Part shown: positions 47,393 to 61,400 of the stretch, piece by piece
How positions within the stretch are numbered: the first letter of the stretch is position 1
Layout: the number at the start of each line of letters is the position of its first letter
Origin: Nemertoderma westbladi
Lineage: Eukaryota > Animalia > Xenacoelomorpha
NCBI GenBank assembly: GCA_032718475.1
Contig: JAUCBJ010006747.1
Location: 1 to 64,000, forward strand
Direction of reading: 5' to 3'
Length of the DNA stretch: 64,000 nt
Notes under the pieces: generated by a model
Told to the model about the DNA's origin: nothing
Database searches by the model: none
What the model saw: only the letters and a program-made list of their open reading frames with translations
Program-made: the position numbers and the translations under genes

Positions 47393-48317
47393 CGAATTTA
47401 GTTCCAATGCAAGCGAATTTAGTTCCAATGCATGCGAATTTAGTTCCAATGCATTCAAATTTTGTTCCAATGCATTAGAATCTAGTTACAATGCATGCGA
47501 ATTTAGTTCCAATGCATGCGAATTTAGTTCCAATGCATTCGAATTTTGTTCCAATGCATGCATTCGAGTTTAGTTCCAATGCATTCGAATTTAGTTCCAA
47601 TGCATGCGAATTTAGTTCCAATGCATTCGAATTTTGTTCCAATGCGTTCGAATTTTGTTCCAATGCATTAGAATCTAGTTCCAATGCATGCGAATTTAGT
47701 TCCAATGCATTCGAATTTTGTTCCAATGCATGCATTCGAGTTTAGTTCCAATGCATTCGAATTTAGTTCCAATGCATGCGAATTTAGTTCCAATGCATTA
47801 GAATTTAGTTACAATGCATGCGAATTTGGTTCCAATGCATTATAATTTAGTTCCAATGCATGCGAATTTAGTTCCAATGCATTAGAATTTAGTTACAATG
47901 CATGCGAATTTAGTTCCAATGCATTCGAATTTAGTTCCAATGCATTATAATTTAGTTACAATGCATGCGAATTTAGTTCCAATGCATGCGAATTTAGTTC
48001 CAATGCAAAAATTTAGTTCCAATGCATGCGAATTTAGTTCCAATGCATGCGAATTTAGTTCCAATGCAAAAATTTAGTTCCAATGCATGCGAATTTAGTT
48101 CCAATGCATGCGAATTTAGTTCCAATGCATGCGAATTTAGTTCCAATGCATTAGAATTTAGTTACAATGCATGCGAATTTAGTTCCAATGCATTAGAATT
48201 TAGTTCCAATGCATGCGAATTTAGTTCCAATGAATTCGAATTTAGTTCCAATGCATGATAATGTAGTTCCAATGCATACGAATTTAGTTCCAATGGGTAC
48301 GAACTTTGTTCCAATGT
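47393..48317. repeat. 21-bp minisatellite B, ~43 copies
   Basis: Unit GAATTTAGTTCCAATGCATGC with variants. Confidence 0.97.
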
Positions 48318-50383
48318 ATTTAAGCCAATACAAAAAATTACATCTCAAAATGAATTCTTCAGATAGAGCAAGTGAAATAAACATTTTAGTTTTGAAAATT
48401 AAACCGCAATTATCGAGGTATTGTACAAAGGTAGTCTGGCATAGTGAGTTAGTCGTCCTAACATTATGTTCTAAGGCAATGAGTGTGGAAACAAAATAAT
48501 AAGGAAAGGCATTCACAACAAATAAGAAAAATCGAAAATAAAATTGCGTTTGCTTAAGTACTATCCGAAGATATGCGGCCATGCTAATCCTGGCCTCCAT
48601 ACCGGGGTCGAACCCAATGCACCCAAGAGAAGTGAATGCAAGGTAAATGATTTAACCAATAAGAGGGGGGGTTATGAATTATCACAATCGCTAAATAAAA
48701 GTGAATATTATGCGTGTGGTATTAGAACACAATTCTTTAACGATGGCTTTAAAAGCATACACTACAGGCTGTTACTGTAGAACTGCCAATATGCTCAAAT
48801 TAACAATAAACACAACCTTGCAATGTGCACTTCTGTCTAATACTTAAACAAATTAACCTATCATAATTACCTCGGCCGCTGGTACGGCAACAGTGATTAT
48901 TCAGTTTAATTCGCTTCAGGTTATTATTTCCGTATATTACCTCTAGAACCTTGCAATAGTGTGAAGTATGTATAATACATATATTTATAACATGTATTTA
49001 CATACATTATATACATATATTTATCTATTTATTTGTTTCCCCTTTTTTACTTAAACATTTTAATATATCATTTTATTGCATTATTGTGAGATATAATAAT
49101 GAATAATTTAATAAATAATAATACATATATTTATATTGAGATTAGTGATATATCCTAATTATTTATTACCTTACCAGAACCCAAGGATTACTGACCACTA
49201 AATGGTACTGACCCACCCACTAATAGTGGCATTAGGAAGGGAATTCGGCTACAACATGGCTCGCCCCACTCTTTGAAACATTGGAACCCCCCCCCCCCCC
49301 CCCCATTCACATTCACATTTACTACTGTTCTATTGAAACCTCAGTCAGTGTTGGATTTAGAAGGATTCGTTTTTAGTCCCTAAAATATCTACTCGCTTCA
49401 CTCGTTGCTGTGTAATGAAATTGATGAAATTGTAGTCGTTTTGTAGTCGCTTTGATGAAATTGTAGACAATAATGGTGAATAGAGATGTTTTTCTAGAAA
49501 CGAAAATTGGGTACTTTGTGTTCTTTTACATAAAATATAGCCTATAATTTTCACCTAAAAACAATTTAGCTTCTTCCTTCAAGAAACTATAGAGAATAAC
49601 AGAGCGAAATTTTCTTAAAGAAAAGAACTGGCAAATACAAAGTAATAATTTAAAAATGCCGCCAAATTTTCAAGGTTGAATCCAAAAATAAATCGGATTT
49701 GATCATTTGATTCGCATAGAAATTAACTACAAACGTTTTTTGGGCAAAATCTTTCGAAATTCATTTTTCTTTGTCTTTCTTTGTCTTTCTTTGTCTACGG
49801 TACCGGCTTAATTATTTATTTTCTACAAAATAACTTGTTTCTTAAATAATCTGCAAATTGGTCCCAAGAAGATATTAGGCAAAATGTAAAATGCAGATTT
49901 TCTCTTCGAATTAAACTGTTAACCCCATCCCTACCCTACTTGTTACTTCGTTCCTCACCCCCAGCCCTGATCAATATCAAGGAACAATCACACTAACTGC
50001 CCAATGAAGTGATTGTTGGCCATCTTAACCCTTTTTAAACTCTTTATTAAATTAGTTCATCTTTATTATAAATAAATGATATATATATATCTTATTTCTT
50101 TTATTCTATAAACTATAATTTGATTTTTGTATTCTTTGCCTTAGTGTGTATCTCATATATAGTAATAGTACACTAGAAACCTCAACCCATTGTGGTACAA
50201 TAAAAGCCCTTATTTCATTTCGTTACTAAAGTTATAGAAAATAAGCCGATTAGCGAATATTCAGTACTTACGCTCTTAGTTAGAGCAACATATATTAGTT
50301 GTTGATGTACTAAAGTTTATTATTATAAACAACAATTAATTACATTGTACCGAAGCGTTAAAGAAGTATCTAACTCAAGAATA

Positions 50384-53300
50384 ATGGCGTTGAAAACATT
50401 GTATATATTTTGTTTCATCTTAATCTGCTTATCAAACTACGGCAGTTGCGACTCCCCCCACAATAAAGTTGTGATGTACATCGGGATTGGTAGCGGCGTT
50501 GGGTTCATCCTACTTATCCTCAGCTGCGTTCTCTGTTGCTATTGTTGTAAATGTTGTTGTTGGGCAAGTAGAGGTTACGTCGGAGGTGGAATCAATCAGA
50601 GCGTCCAAATAGTTGCCCGTAAGTAATTCGCTGACGACAAAAATTAGAGAAAAAAAAAGAAAAAAATGATGAATATAATTTTGGGTGTTGGTTTGGGGCA
50701 CTGTTGTCACCATATTGAATTACAGTATATTTTCAGCCAATAATGTGCAGACACACGTATTTTTCGGCTATAACGCATTACAACTCACACGGAAGTGGAA
50801 TGAGCATGACATTGCAGCCTCTTCAAGCACGGATATGACGTCACATCAAGGAAGTGTTATATCCGCAATACGTCAAGCAGTCCGGCTTCGCTTATGAAAA
50901 TTTTGTATATCATGCAAGGTGTACTAAATAACAGGTCATGCAGCGAGCGGATTGGTGAAATTAGCGTTGGCCTATCTTTTACCTATTTATGGCACTATTT
51001 TCATAATATTTCCTTAGAAACCTCTTATCTGCTACTTTAGCTACTTAGAGGATATGACTAAAGGTTCATATGACTCAGGTAAAATGTCTTTCTGTAATTT
51101 TAATAATGTTGTTATATAAGGAAACCGGGTGCAAAGTTAAAACTTTGAGCGCCTCTAATTCAAGACGACATGGGGCTACTATTATTTACTATTTTATATT
51201 ATATGCGCACTAACATGCCTGGGTCCTGTCCTTTTCTCTAATAATAATTGTTAACCGAAATTTAATATTCTGGAATGTCAAAATCATGCTATCACAAGAC
51301 TTGCTCTCTGATTGGACAGTTGTGTCACAAATCTTGCTTTGTGATTGGACAGTTGTGTTTATTGGCACTTATTGAGCTTTGTAAATATGATTCACAATTG
51401 ACGATTCTATCCCACAAATAAAACGTTGGCAAATTTAATTTATTATAATATTTAAACAGACAAACGGAAAAAAAATGTTGTTTTACAGAATTGGTAGACA
51501 ATTATTTAAATTTTTCATTATGAATGGGATAATCTTTTAGGCTCGTTAAGCCGAGGAATGCCTTCACCGCCATGGGTGATCTTTCACAGTAAACCCTTCC
51601 GCTCCTTCATTCAAATTTTTCATTATTCTTATTACCATGGCGACGGGAATGTAAAAAAATTCAAATGTAAAATATTTTGATAGTCTTTTATTCCCTTTAA
51701 TCACCTACCAAATCTCAAGAACAGAATCCATCGTAGTCTTGAAATACAGGCGCTCAAAGTTTTAACTTTGCACCCGGTTACGTTGGCAACAAACAACAAG
51801 ATAACAATTTTAGAAAGATATTTCATTACTTTCTATGAACCCTAGTCATCATATCAACCTAACAAAAGTTGGACATAAGAAGTTTGTTACAAAAGATGTT
51901 TTTCAGTTTAAGAAGGAAACATTATGAAAATAATATCATAAATAGGGAAACGATCGGCCTCCGCTAATTTCAACAATCCGCTCGCTGCATGACTCATGAG
52001 TCGATCATGATTTTTTCTTCTGTTGTTTAGTAGGCCTACAGAAGGATCTGTAGTACCATCTGAGTTGGAGTTATCGGCCAAGAGTTTGGCACTAGGCTAT
52101 CTTCTGTGAAAATTTTAGCTCAATTATTTTTTTTTGAAAAATTTATGGGGGTTTTAGTATGTTCGGGCTATCTTTCGAGCATCATATATTTTGAGATAGA
52201 TAAAGAGAAGCAGTTACATAATGGATCATAGAACATCGAAATGGACATGTTTTACATAACCAATACTCACGATTGTGGCCCTATAGAAGCTGAACATTTT
52301 GGTATATGTTTGAAAAAAATTGAGTGAAAAATAAAAAAGTAGTAGGGAATTTGCGGGAAATGTAAAACTTTCAGTTATATGTTCTGCTCAGTTCTTTTAA
52401 CGGTTATATATTGTATTTATTCTATTTGCCTGAAGAAGGACTATATAGTCAGAAGGCTAGTAGCATTTATACCATAACTTAATTCTGCTTAATATTTACT
52501 ATCCCCGCATTCCTGTCATGTTCTTCGCACATTTAATTTATGAACTTGCAACATACAAGAAAAATATAAAAGTTCTAGGGAATTTAGTGATAAAAAGTGT
52601 CAAACTGAGGAAAATGAGGTTTTATATAGAGAGTCATGAATATCAGCCATGAATACTGTTGCGGAAAATTACAGTTTTGTGGTCAAAAATCAATCAATTG
52701 TGAAAACCGATGTCAGCACATGAAAGCCCTTCTATCAAACCAGAAAATTAGAAGAAAATTTTTTTTTTTTAATTTTCAAAAATTTTAGATGGGTGATTTT
52801 CCTCTTAATTGTTACACAGTTACCAATGTAAGAGGCGTTACAATTAGTCTATAGTAACGGGTTTGATTGGCCAAAAAAATGTTAGCTAGAAGTAGTTCAA
52901 TCAGGGGTAAAAAAATAAATCGAAAAAATAAATAAAAAATAAAAAAAAAATCGAGTTGCGGGGTGTTGTATTAATTAAAACGTAGAGGAATAGCTATTTA
53001 GATAACAGTAGTAGAGATATCAGCTTTAACAATTCAGGTGGCAGTTTAGTTAAAAGGTGGACGGCTAAGTAATTTGATTTTTGATCCGAAATAATCGCTG
53101 TTGCCATGTTGATCGCATAAAAACGAAACACAAAGGAATTTATATTTATTATGAAAACAAATAAGGACAGAACATAATAATGCCGATAGTGGTAGTTTAT
53201 TTGAGAAGGAGGCATTTAATTATCCAACGGATATGTTGTTAAAAATAAATAAAATATATAAATAACTTTACATTAATTGATTAATAAAATTGTAATTTAA

Positions 53301-55101
53301 AAGTTTGTAAAACTTTTTTTGTGATTGTAATACCCTATTTTTTTAATATTGTACTTAATAATAATAAACAACATTGTATTTGATGGCTAAATACACCAAC
53401 CACAAAACAAGCACGATGGGTAAAAAGTTATTAAATAATAATAAAAACACTGATTGTATTTTATTACATAATACATAATTTGAATATTTGTTTCGAGTTA
53501 ATTAAAATGTATAGAATAGTGTGAAGGAAATTAAAATAATGGATGGAGGGAGAAGATAGGATTAAGGTGCCATGTTGGTCTTCCGGTAGCAGCGGTACTC
53601 GGTGAGGTTGAATGATTCCTTTATGCGGGAGGCATTCCCAGCTTGGATTGCAATCCTAAGGCGTTGACACAGGAATTGCGTAGACCTCTTGTTGCCGCTG
53701 ACCTTCTCCAAGCGGTGGCATAACTGGCAAAGGAATGGCTAGGATGAAGGGCCTATGCCACCAAATATGCCACGACAGCGATGAGCGTCTGGACTAAGTA
53801 GTCTTTGGCAAAGTTCGAATACTTCAACTTCAAGCTTCCGTCCTTCTGCCAATTCAGCGACTGATGACCCATCTAAGCATAAGCATGCGGCATTGAGTAT
53901 GAGGCGGCAAGGCGATGGGTGCAGGTAAAGTGCCACACGAGGGCTTTACCGTTTGACCAGGGGAGCAGAATGGCTCCATCGGGGCGCTTTAGGTCGTTGT
54001 CGTTGCTGAGCCCGACTGGTTCAAGGGTTGCGGATACCTCAGCGGATTGGAGAGCACGGTAGGTGGTGTCATTGCACAAGAGGTGTCGTGCGTGTCGGCT
54101 CGTGGCAAACTTGCAGACTAAGGCATGGCTGGCTGAAGAATCAACGACGGCGCCACACTCATAAGGGTGGGAAGTGCAAACAGGTGCGCCAAGACGGAGA
54201 GCAACAGCCACACCGAACTGTTCATCGGCAATGCGGAGGCCAAGGGTAGCAGAAGGGATGGCATTCAACCAATCACCAGAACCAGGTGCTTGGCAGCCCT
54301 TGAGGCGGAGTACAGAGCTACAGTGTTATCACTAGATGAAATTAGTGATGCCAGTTGGGATTTGTATACTGGGTCCTACCAAGATCTTTGGTAGCTTGGT
54401 GTCTCAAAAATATCAAAGGAAGGTGAGTACCATTCCCATAACTCGACGGCAGCTCGAAGGAACAAAGGTTCATCCAAGTTTCCAGTGATAGCAGAGGTTA
54501 GTTCCTGGTTACGGGGTGTACTGAGGCGAGGTAAGCACCTGGGGCTGTCAGCCTAACAGATGGTACTCCGAGGCCCCCGAACCGACAAGGGAGGCAAGCC
54601 TGCGTCCAGCAGTCAGGGGCTAAGGACGTGTTGGTCACATCTTGAAGTGTCTCCATAATGCAGTTGTCGATGCGCCCAATCAGGTCGGATAAGTAAAGGC
54701 TGGATACGTCCTGAGGGTACTATACATTAGACTACAACATTAGTGAACATCAATGTTTATTGTTTATTTAAAATAATTTGTAAATACATCGTTTGCCAGT
54801 TGGGCCTAGTTTATTTAATACTGGGTTAATTTTTCGTTTGAGTTTTTATATTGTATTTCTTTCTATTTCTGCAGCCGGTGGCGGTGGTGGTGGTGCGGCT
54901 GCACCGGCAGCTCCTGCGTCCAACACCATGATGAATTTTGTGATGCCGGGAGCTGGGGGTGGTGGACAACAACCCCAGCAATACCCACCCCAGCAGCAAT
55001 ACCCACCGCCTCAACAATCGTACCCGCAACAATACCCCCCGCCCGTGAACGCATCAGCATCCCAACCCCCTGCGTACCATGAGAAGGATTCTGGATGTTG
55101 A
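50384..55101 (+). CDS. Two-exon small type I membrane protein, Shisa/CYYR1/WBP1-like (153 aa; exons 50384-50618, 54875-55101)
   Basis: Signal peptide, TM helix, juxtamembrane Cys cluster CCYCCKCCC, donor C|GTAAGT, acceptor TTTCTGCAG|CC in matching phase 1, Pro/Gln tail with PPAY. Confidence 0.8.
50935..51993. mobile_element. Intronic foldback/MITE with long (~250 bp) imperfect TIRs
   Basis: GTCATGCAGCGAGCGGATTG / CAATCCGCTCGCTGCATGAC and AACCGGGTGCAAAGTTAAAACTTTGAGCGCC / GGCGCTCAAAGTTTTAACTTTGCACCCGGTT. Confidence 0.8.
53560..54715 (-). mobile_element. 5'-truncated CRE-like (REL) non-LTR retrotransposon in the intron
   Basis: AIPS..LGL..VALRLG..HALVC..RH..EP.GL..KRPDG..PW..GKALVW, ending QRLRIAIQAGNA. 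Confidence 0.8.
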
Positions 55102-55419
55102 AATGCGTTACAAATTCAAGTACCGGTACACTCTGGGGCGACGAAGTAAGCGGACTTAGCATACGGGTCCCGCTGTTTCAACATTTGTCTGTCTGTCCAT
55201 AACTGTCGGTCAGTCTAACCTATCTGTCAACAAATCTTTGAAGGCTAATAACTCAAGTCAATTTTTGATCAAATTAAACCAAACTGGTTAGGCCTATAGA
55301 ATATTGTAGTCTCTCGAAAGTCTGAAATATAACTTGCGTGGGATGACTCAGCAGTTCTCCAGTCACCCGCTTGAGGGCGACTAGTTAACGATTGAAATAG
55401 TGGCACCCGTATGATAAGG

Positions 55420-58400
55420 CTCCCACTAAGGTGTACTGTACATCACAGGCTATTGTTACAGTAGTTGTTGCATATTTTTATCGGATACTGTAGGCATAAC
55501 TTGCCTGCAGTAAGTTGTTATTTTAATATTAATGATCGATAATAATTAATAATTGTATTAATAATTTAATAGTCTAATAATTTAGAATTTATTATGGAAA
55601 CTGAAGCAGAGTGGCTGAACCTATTAAATAATAGGGTTTTCGAGGTCGCTGATCACGATAAAACTTGTTAAAAATATCTTTTGGAAAAGTAACCGTCATT
55701 TTTGGTGCTACTTTGTTCCCCTAGTATGAAAATTACAATACAAGTAAAAAAATATCAAACTAAATTGTGTTTGGTTTGATAATTCTGAACGTACCTGTTT
55801 TCGAGGTCTCTGATTACGATGAAACTAGTTATAAATATTTCTGGTAATGCAAACCCAATTTTAGTGCCATTCTAGTGCCCCAGAACCAAAATAACAAGTA
55901 GCACAAACATATAAACTATTAAATTTTGCCTTTGGTTTTGTAATTCTGTTGCTATACTGGTTTTCAAGGTAGTTGATCACGATACAACACATTACAAATC
56001 ATTCGTGGTGACGCAACTGTAAATTTTGGTGCTTGTCTGGTGGGACGAAAATTACAAGTAGCAAACATTTCAAATTGCAAAAAGCGAATTTGGTTGGATA
56101 AAACGATATTTTTGAGTGTCATATTCGTGATCAGCGTCCCAGAAAATCCATAATGTCTAAAAATCAGGTTGATTTGGTAATGATTTTTGGTTATCAAACT
56201 TTTGCAACCGGTACATGTATTTTTCGTGCCGCACATTGACACATATCAAAAAAAATGTTTTATTCGTGTTCAGCATTCCAAAAAAACCATATGGTTATAA
56301 AACAAATTTAATTTTGTGGTGATTTTTCATTATCATATTTACACTACGATTTTTTTTCGTGACCCAGAGGGCACATTCAAAATTACCAACAATTTTCTAG
56401 AATGTTGTATTTGAGTTCAATATTTGTGATCAGTGTACAAAAAAACCGCTATATAGCGCAAAAAAAATAATTTTAGTGAATTATAAAAACATTTGAAAAT
56501 TTTAGCACGAAAAATACCTGAGATGGACCAGAGAAAGGGACCACATCAAAAAATTAACATTGGTTGCGAGAAAAGGACCTGCGTTTTTAATTTTTTGTTT
56601 TTATTTAAACACTCCTAACTTTCAATATTTGTGATCAGTGTACAAAAAAACCGCTATATAGCGCAAAAAAATTAATTTTAGTGAATTATAAAAACATTTG
56701 AAAATTTTAGCACGAAAAATACCTGAGATGGACCAGAGAAAGGGACCACATCAAAAAATTAACATTGGTTGCGAGAAAAGGGACCTGCGTTTTTAATTTT
56801 TTGTTTTTATTTAAACACTCCTAACTTTCAATATTTGTGATCAGTGTACAAAAAAACCGCTATATAGCGCAAAAAAATTAATTTTAGTGAATTATAAAAA
56901 CATTTGAAAATTTTAGCACGAAAAATACCTGAGATGGACCAGAGAAAGGGACCACATCAAAAAATTAACATTGGTTGCGAGAAAAGGGACCTGCGTTTTT
57001 AATTTTTTGTTTTTATTTAAACACTCCTAACTTTTTAACTAAAAACGATATTAACGAAAACTGGCTCCATATTCGGAAAGCCCAGAAAATTCTGCATCTA
57101 ATAGGCCTAAAAACGCAAAATCGACCCCCAGGTCCCTTTTCTCGCAACCAGCCACCATCACCATCAGTGTCACAAAACGTCTATGATCACGGTAGATGGT
57201 CTGGTAAGCAATTATTGTTCGTGACTGGGGTTTGTGTGGGGATTAAATTTTACTCAAAACCAACCAAACACTGTAGACTGTAGGCATACTGTAGTTTCAC
57301 AACAATTACTGTAAGTAGAAGGTAATTAAAGTATTATTTCGGTCTGCTGAATACTGTAACAGGAAGTCGGGGTATTATATTCACTCGGTTGTGGTATTAT
57401 ATCTTATATTTAGTCCACTGAGACCCAATACTGTACTGGTTCCGGCTGTGGGAATTATAATTAAACAATACAGTCAACTGCTGCATGGTCTATTGAACAA
57501 AAGTATTACACAGTAGCATGAAGTTTAGTTTGAATTGATATATTACCTTAATTGAAAATAACAATGACACTAAACTGTAGTGGGGCCTTTGTGCAGCAAA
57601 AGCTACAAGATATCTTAGCGAACAATTATAAATTTACTATGGCTAGTTATATCTCTGGATTTCGACAATTATGACTTCCGACACACACTGACACACACAC
57701 CCGACCCCAGAGACTTTTAGAAAACGGCCATAATATAATTATAACATTTCGCTGATGGCTCGCAGTTTTGACTCGCCCCTCAAATTTGATATACAGTAGT
57801 TTCAAAGCTTAGGTTTGGTTTGATTTAAATATACGTGACTGCCCTGCAATCTGTGATGTTCTCATTGTAGTTTTAGGAACGAATTACCGGAAAGAAAAGA
57901 TGGACGGCTTTGAACTTTTTAAATCGAAACTTAAGAGTTGAAAATAAGTTTTAGCACCACAGGGTGTTTTCATGTAAATTTGGCGCTATAGAAATATACA
58001 AATTATAATAATACATAAAATTACTACATAGTTACTGTAGAGTGTATAGTTAATCATTGTAGCCGTGATGGTTCATGTTTAATATAAACTACCAACTGTC
58101 AGTGTCACCACCAAGTGTCAGACTTCCAACCGCGGTGGTCACCAGTTCGATCCCACCTGGACGTCATTGCCGTCTTTGCAAATACAAAAAAAATGAAGAG
58201 AGCTGCTGAGCTGAAGATTTAAGAAGACGGTTGAACCGAGCCCGAATTTCACGTCAGGCAAACGAGACTTACCGCTGCGCCGGTACTTCACTTTCCGTTC
58301 ACTAGTACCCAAGGTATTGTTCGTGGTAATTTCCTGCACATTTAAGGCCCGGGTTCTTACCTTGAATCAATCCTCGCGCCCACGCGCTCAGGCCCTTCGC

Positions 58401-61400
58401 GATTTCAGGTACGGCCCGCCCCCCCTACTCCACTCTGCTCGCTTCCTCTCCACTCCGATTTTCGCGTTTTTAGAATATTCGGTGACGGTTCTATTTAAAC
58501 ACTATTTTGTGATTAATGGAGATGTTTCTTAATTATGTGAATTAAAATGAAATTAAGATTGGTTTGCTTATGAAGTTATCGGTATTATTAATAGTTAATA
58601 TTGTTAATTGTTAATGTTAATTAAAATGAAATTAAGATTGGTTTGCTTATGAAGTTATCGGTATTATTAATAGTTAATATTGTTAATTGTTAATAACGGA
58701 AATATTGTTGTAAATTCGTTAAAGTGCATTGGTTGTAGGTATTCATACTTGGTATTCAAATTACGAGTTATTCATACTTGCACAGAATTTGACGGCTTTT
58801 GACAAGGAATTATTTGTTAGCAAGGCAAAATGAATCAGTTATCCCACAAAAGCTTTTACACCCACTAAGGTGTACTGTACATCACAGGCTATTGTTACAG
58901 TAGTTGTTGCATATTTTTATCGGATACTGTAGGCATAACTTGCCTGCAGTAAGTTGTTATTTTAATATTAATGATTGATAATAATTAATAATTGTATTAA
59001 TAATTTAATAGTCTAATAATTTAATTTTTTAATGTAGTTGATCACGATACAACCCATTACAAATCATTCGTGGTAACGCAACTGTAAATTTTGGTGCTTC
59101 TCTGGTGGGACGAAAATTACAAGTAGCAAACATTTCATATTGGAAAAAGCGAATTTGGTTGGATAATACGATATTTGAGTGTCATATTCGTGATCAGCGT
59201 CCCAGAAAATCTATAATGTCTAAAAATTAGGTTGATTTGGTAATTATTTTTGGTTATCAAACTTTTGCTACCGGTACATGTATTTTTCGTGCCGCACATT
59301 GACACATATCAAAAAAAATGTTTTATTTGTGTTCAGCATTCCAAAAAAACCATATGGTTATAAAACAAATTTAATTTTGTGGTGATTTTTCATTATCATA
59401 TTTGCACTACGATTATTTTCGTGACCCAGAGGGCACATTCAAAATTACCAACAATTTTCTAGAATGTTGTATTTGAGTTCAATATTTGTGATCAGTGTAC
59501 AAAAAAACCTCTATATAGCGCAAAAAAATTAATTTTAGTGAATTATAAAAACATTTGAAAATTTTAGCACGAAAAATACCTGAGATGGACCAGAGAAAGG
59601 GACCGCATCAAAAAATTAACATTGGTTGCGAGAAAAGGGACCTGCGTTTTTAATTTTTTGTTTTTATTTAAACACTCCTAACTTTTTAACGAAAAACGAT
59701 ATTAACGAAAACTGGCTCCATATTCGGAAAGCCCAGAAAATTCTGCATCTAATAGGCCTAAAAACGCAAAATCGACCCCCAGGTCCCTTTTCTCGCAACC
59801 AGCCACCATCACCATCAGTGTCACAAAACGTCTATGATCACGGTAGATGGTCTGGTAAGCAATTATTGTTCGTGACTGGGGTTTGTGTGGGGATTAAATT
59901 TTACTCAAAACCAACCAAACACTGTAGACTGTAGGCATACTGTAGTTTCACAACAATTACTGTAAGTAGAAGGTAATTAAAGTATTATTTCGGTCTGCTG
60001 AATACTGTAACAGGAAGTCGGGGTATTATATTCACTCGGTTGTGGTATTATATCTTATATTTAGTCCACTGAGACCCAATACTGTACTGGTTCCGGCTGT
60101 GGGAATTATAATTAAACAATACAGTCAACTGCTGCATGGTCTATTGAACAAAAGTATTACACAGTAGCATGAAGTTTAGTTTGAATTGATATATTACCTT
60201 AATTGAAAATAACAATGACACTAAACTGTAGTGGGGCCTTTGTGCAGCAAAAGCTACAAGATATCTTAGCGAACAATTATAAATTTACTATGGCTAGTTA
60301 TATCTCTGGATTTCGACAATTATGACTTCCGACACACACTGACACACACACCCGACCCCAGAGACTTTTAGAAAACGGCCATAATATAATTATAACATTT
60401 CGCTGATGGCTCGCAGTTTTGACTCGCCCCTCAAATTTGATATAGTTTCAAAGCTTAGGTTTGGTTTGATTTAAATATACGTGACTGCCCTGCAATCTGT
60501 GATGTTCTCATTGTAGTTTTAGGAACGAATTACCGGAAAGAAAAGATGGACGGCTTTGAACTTTTTAAATCGAAACTTAAGAGTTGAAAATAAGTTTTAG
60601 CACCACAGGGTGTTTTCATGTAAATTTGGCGCTATAGAAATATACAAATTATAATAATACATAAAATTATTACATAGTTACTGTAGAGTGTATAGTTAAT
60701 CATTGTAGCCGTGATGGTTCATGTTTAATATAAACTACCAACTGTCAGTGTCACCACCAAGTGTCAGACTTCCAACCGCGGTGGTCACCAGTTCGATCCC
60801 ACCTGGACGTCATTGCCGTCTTTGCAAATACAAAAAAAATGAAGAGAGCTGCTGAGCTGAAGATTTAAGAAGACGGTTGAACCGAGCCCGAATTTCACGT
60901 CAGGCAAACGAGACTTACCGCTGCGCCAGTACTTCACTTTCCGTTCACTAGTACCCAAGGTATTGTTCGTGGTAATTTCCTGCACATTTAAGGCCCGGGT
61001 TCTTACCTTGAATCAATCCTCGCGCCCACGCGCTCAGGCCCTTCGCGATTTCAGGTACGGCCCGCCCCCCCTACTCCACTCTGCTCGCTTCCTCTCCACT
61101 CCGATTTTCGCGTTTTTAGAATATTCGGTGACGGTTCTATTTAAACACTATTTTGTGATTAATGGAGATGTTTCTTAATTATATTTCAATATTTGACATT
61201 TTTTTATCAAATATACTAATTACTAAATATACTAATATACTAAGTAGATAGTCTGGTAAGCAATTATTGTTCGTGACTGGGGTTTGTGTGGGGATTAAAT
61301 TTTACTCAAAACCAACCAAACACTGTAGACTGTAGACATACTGTAGTTTCACAACAATTACTGTAAGTAGAAGGTAATTAAAGTATTATTTCGGTCTGCT

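Noticed and set aside
45803-48499. Long repetitive ORFs (MVPRHGL, VNGSTTW, EFSSNA) and CRISPR-like periodicity
   Set aside because: Translations of 21-bp minisatellites open in several frames; no spacers and no coding context.
48590-48665. tRNA gene on the minus strand (GGGTTCGACCCC B-box-like)
   Set aside because: No convincing cloverleaf; at most a decayed SINE head.
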